In this document: one piece after another, positions 60,798 to 64,000 of the stretch
How positions within the stretch are numbered: position 1 is the stretch's first letter
Layout: each line of letters begins with the position of its first letter
Assembly: GCA_052168235.1 (NCBI GenBank)
Contig: JBQLZK010000021.1
Span: 31,620-95,619 of the forward strand
Origin: Thainema sp.
GTDB taxonomy: Bacteria > Cyanobacteriota > Cyanobacteriia > Phormidesmidales > Phormidesmidaceae
Length of the DNA: 64,000 nucleotides
Reading direction: 5' to 3'
Program-made: the position numbers and the translations under genes
Notes under the pieces: generated by a model
Seen by the model: only the letters and a program-made list of their open reading frames with translations
Told to the model about the DNA's origin: nothing
The model's database searches: none

Positions 60798-62231
60798 TTG
60801 AGCGAACGGTCATTAATCCTGGAAGAACAGGCTTGGAATATTCTTGAACAGTCGATTATGCATTATCAAGGGCAGCCGGTTGGCACGGTTGCGGCGCTTG
60901 ATTCAGAGGCATTAGCACTGAACTATGACCAGTGTTTTGTGCGGGACTTTGTGGCTCCTGCGCTGGTCTTTTTGGTGAAAGGGCGATCGCAAATTGTCCG
61001 CAATTTTTTAGAAGAAACGCTGCGCCTCCAGCCCAAAACGCTCCAGCTTGACTGCACTCGACCCAGTCGAGGGCTGATGCCCGCTAGCTTCAAGATTCAG
61101 GCCAGCGATAATCATGAGTATCTAGTGGCCGACTTTGGTGATCACGCGATTGGACGGGTGGCTCCGGCAGATTCGGGATTATGGTGGATTTTTCTGCTGC
61201 GGGCCTATGCGATCGCAACTGGTGATCTGGATTTTGTGCGGCAGCGGGATGTGCAGGAATGTATTCGGCTAATTCTCCAGCTCTGTCTGGGCACGCGGTT
61301 TGATACCTATCCGATGCTGCTAGTTCCGGACGGAGCCAGCATGATCGACCGCCGGATGGGCACCTACGGCCATCCGCTGGATATTCAGTCGCTGTTTCAC
61401 GCGGCTCTGCGAGCCAGTTTGGAACTGCTGGTGCCGGATGATGAGCAAAATGAGCCGCTGATTCTGGCGGTGAAAAGCCGAATTGATCCCCTGGTGCGGG
61501 AACTGCACGATCACTACTGGCTCGACCCAGAGCGGCTGAATATTATTTACCGTTTTCATGTGGAAGAGTACGGTGAAGAAGCGCTGAATGAGTTCAATAT
61601 TTATCCCGATTCGATTCCGTTTTATCACCTGGCGAAGTGGATTCCAGACGCAGGTGGATATTTGGCCGGAAATCTTGGCCCGTCTCAGTTAGATACGCGT
61701 TTTTTTGCCATCGGGAATTTGCTGGCCATTATGTCGTCGCTGGCAGATCAGCGGCAGTGCCATCGAATTTTGAATTTGATTGAGCTGCGCTGGGATGATT
61801 TGGTCGGTCACATGCCGATGAAGCTGTGCTATCCGGCGATGGTGGATTTGGAATGGCGAATTGTGACCGGGGCTGACCCAAAGAATCGGCCTTGGTCGTA
61901 TCACAATGGCGGCAACTGGCCGATGCTGCTGTGGCTGCTGACGGCAGCGGCGCTGAAAATGAAGCGGGGCGAACTGGCTTATCATGCGATCGCAATTGCC
62001 GAACGCCGTTTGTTAGAAGATCAGTGGCCAGAATATTACGATGGCCCGGACGGTCGGCTGATCGGTAAGGAATCGCGCAAGAACCAAATCTGGAGTATTG
62101 CGGGCTATTTACTCGCGAGAGAACTCACGATCAATCCGGATCATCTCAAACTGATGACGTTTGACGTAGGCGAGCCGCTGACGCCGCTGATGTCGGCTGG
62201 GGCGGAAGCGGATCAGCCGATGCAACCGTAG
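60798..62231 (+). CDS. Alkaline/neutral invertase (GH100)
   Basis: LNYDQCFVRDF, GLMPASFK, ADFG..AIGRV.P.DSGLWW, MIDRRMG, WSYHNGG, WPEYYDG. Confidence 0.95.
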   Translation: MSERSLILEEQAWNILEQSIMHYQGQPVGTVAALDSEALALNYDQCFVRDFVAPALVFLVKGRSQIVRNFLEETLRLQPKTLQLDCTRPSRGLMPASFKIQASDNHEYLVADFGDHAIGRVAPADSGLWWIFLLRAYAIATGDLDFVRQRDVQECIRLILQLCLGTRFDTYPMLLVPDGASMIDRRMGTYGHPLDIQSLFHAALRASLELLVPDDEQNEPLILAVKSRIDPLVRELHDHYWLDPERLNIIYRFHVEEYGEEALNEFNIYPDSIPFYHLAKWIPDAGGYLAGNLGPSQLDTRFFAIGNLLAIMSSLADQRQCHRILNLIELRWDDLVGHMPMKLCYPAMVDLEWRIVTGADPKNRPWSYHNGGNWPMLLWLLTAAALKMKRGELAYHAIAIAERRLLEDQWPEYYDGPDGRLIGKESRKNQIWSIAGYLLARELTINPDHLKLMTFDVGEPLTPLMSAGAEADQPMQP

Positions 62232-63123
62232 CCCGGAAGAATTCAAACTCTTGAGGCGTATGGGGGTAGTAAGACACGGCTAGCTGGGTGGGAATCGTTA
62301 ATCCTTCGATGGTGGATTCTTCGCTAGCTCGCATGCAGAAGGGAACGTAATCGAATTTGGAGTTGGCGGTTCGTGAAGGAGTCGGTTGGGCATTAGGAGT
62401 TGAGAGTTGAGGCCTGATAGTCTCGCTGGTGTTGAGATCATTGCGTTTTTGGTCGCTCCAGCGCAGCATGTGGGCCTGTTGCACTCGGCCTTGAGCATCA
62501 ATTTGAAGGGTGATTGTAATTGGCTCATCCAGCAGCATCCAACTGGCTTGGATGGTTGAATCGTCAATCGCTTGCCACTGAACGCCAAACTGAGGCAGTA
62601 ACGCAGTCGGCAGCCACACCGACTCTAGCGCTAATCGTCCCAGTGCTGAACGCAGCGTATCGCCGCTACTGGCCTGTGCGACTGGAACGAGCCCCCACAG
62701 GAAAAATTGGATTCGACCAGATTGCTGCAGCACATCACAGATGTCCGCTCCGGAAAACCGAATCAGTCCATTTTTCACACTGGCCTGCCAGACTAAACCT
62801 TGCCACGGAGCCAGAATTTGTCGGGCCTCCATCGCCATCCACGGTGCATCAGCCTTTAGCCGAAACTGGCCGTACATCTTCAGTTCAATCGCTCTGGCTA
62901 GAGGAGTGCCAGGTGCGATCGCATGTCGGAAGTAGCGCTGAACGGGTTCGGGTAAGTCTTGAATCTGCTGCTCGCCGAACTGTTCCGGCAGCGGTGGTAT
63001 CCGGAGCGACTGCCAGGTTTGCTGCACGTTCTGCTGATCAATGCTGCGTTTGGCAACTAAGACACCCAATCCCGATCCGCCAATCAGCAGCGGTAACCAA
63101 ATGAAGGGAGACATCATTCTCAC
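62146..63123 (-). CDS. Membrane-anchored hypothetical protein (DUF6544-like)
   Basis: N-terminal TM; LPEPVQRYF, M.G.FRL, R...E..W.PTAL, V.W...D. Confidence 0.7.
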   Translation of the reverse strand: MRMMSPFIWLPLLIGGSGLGVLVAKRSIDQQNVQQTWQSLRIPPLPEQFGEQQIQDLPEPVQRYFRHAIAPGTPLARAIELKMYGQFRLKADAPWMAMEARQILAPWQGLVWQASVKNGLIRFSGADICDVLQQSGRIQFFLWGLVPVAQASSGDTLRSALGRLALESVWLPTALLPQFGVQWQAIDDSTIQASWMLLDEPITITLQIDAQGRVQQAHMLRWSDQKRNDLNTSETIRPQLSTPNAQPTPSRTANSKFDYVPFCMRASEESTIEGLTIPTQLAVSYYPHTPQEFEFFRATVASADPLPPQPTSAASAARLRQTSSV

Positions 63124-63388
63124 CTCGTCATACTTGCAATCATCACAGGCTTTAAGTTGAAGTGTCGCCTAAGTATTTATCCTTACTTTTATATTCTAAC
63201 GAGATGCGATCGCGCCGATCTCAATTGCGCTACACATTACGCCACACAATATACGCTACATCTGAAGCTTCATCGCTCCGCTGCTCCCCTGCCCTAATTC
63301 CCACCATACAGGCTCAACTCATCACAATGGCATTCAGTTCCGGTAGTGGCAAAATGAAGACAACTGCCAGGTTCAATGAGGAACCGCT

Positions 63389-63940
63389 ATGACCGTAACC
63401 ACAGCAAAATGGACATTGGACGATTACCATCGAATGATTGAAGCGGGCATTCTGGAAGGGCGGCAGGTTGAGCTGCTGAATGGAGAAATTGTGGAGATGC
63501 CGCCAGAAGGGGAACCTCACGCTTACTATAGCCACACCACCGCGAAATATTTAGAACGGTTACTTGGCGATCGCGTTGCGATTCGGCAGGGCAACCCGAT
63601 TACGATTCCTGAAGTCCAGTCGGAACTAGAACCCGATATTGCTGTCGTGCAGCCGTTGGGTCGGGAATACCTTCAGCACCATCCCTACCCTCAAAATGTT
63701 TTTTGGCTGATTGAGTTTGCAGATTCCAGTTTGAATAAGGATTTAGAGCCAAAAGCCAATGTTTACGCTGCGGCAAATATTCCAGAATATTGGGTCGTTA
63801 ACCTCCGCAAAATGGAACTGATCGTCTTCCGCGAACCGCACAATGGTAGCTATCAGTCTCAAAATGCTCATACGCAAGGAATGCTTTCTCCATTAGCGTT
63901 TCCAGATATTGCGATTTCAGTCACAGGCGCACTGGCATAG
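63389..63940 (+). CDS. Uma2 family (PD-(D/E)xK) endonuclease
   Basis: WT.DDYHRM, VELLNGEIVEM.P, EPD, LIE.ADSSL..D...K...YA...IPEYWVVNL. Confidence 0.92.
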   Translation: MTVTTAKWTLDDYHRMIEAGILEGRQVELLNGEIVEMPPEGEPHAYYSHTTAKYLERLLGDRVAIRQGNPITIPEVQSELEPDIAVVQPLGREYLQHHPYPQNVFWLIEFADSSLNKDLEPKANVYAAANIPEYWVVNLRKMELIVFREPHNGSYQSQNAHTQGMLSPLAFPDIAISVTGALA

Positions 63941-64000
63941 CTAAACTGGGCACTGGTCGTCTAGAGGGTGATTGCTAAAATGGATGTGATGCATTGGTTT

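Noticed and set aside
62520..63104. 194-aa plus-strand ORF
   Set aside because: Antisense to the DUF6544-like gene with no protein-like motifs; the same applies to the other antisense ORFs inside lpxD, natA, pgi and the FHA genes.
63389..63940. Uma2 nuclease as a defence system
   Set aside because: Uma2 genes are abundant stand-alone paralogues in cyanobacteria, and no partner genes are visible in the window.

Overview
This window is cyanobacterial chromosome, with frequent HIP1 GCGATCGC sites and the genes chlG, petM, petP and ycf39; it probably comes from a filamentous Leptolyngbya-like organism (inference). 1-18.5 kb holds at least four tandem filamentous-haemagglutinin (TpsA-like) genes with conserved ends and swapped cores. 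They are followed by a signal-peptide TPR-CHAT protease, a DUF928 protein with five 22-aa GGASRG repeats, a CHASE2 hybrid kinase and a REC-kinase. Together these form a candidate periplasmic proteolytic signalling system. After tRNA-Ala(GGC), 18.9-32.5 kb is a minus-strand signalling cluster: a REC-kinase, a kinase with an insert-Cys-type cyanobacteriochrome GAF, a multi-PAS/GAF hybrid kinase, a HisKA-EAL protein, a CheY-like regulator and an RcaC-like regulator. The rest is mostly housekeeping: NAD kinase, ycf39, petM, PBP1A, chlG, ArsA/Get3, petP, an SLH-porin, lpxD, moaD, Nat/Liv transporter subunits, pgi, an invertase and Uma2. It also contains a cobalamin riboswitch ahead of an FNR-type oxidoreductase, a secreted Cys-repeat protein, REP-like repeats and a set of long perfect intergenic palindromes. 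All product calls come from motif recognition by eye; no database searches were run.
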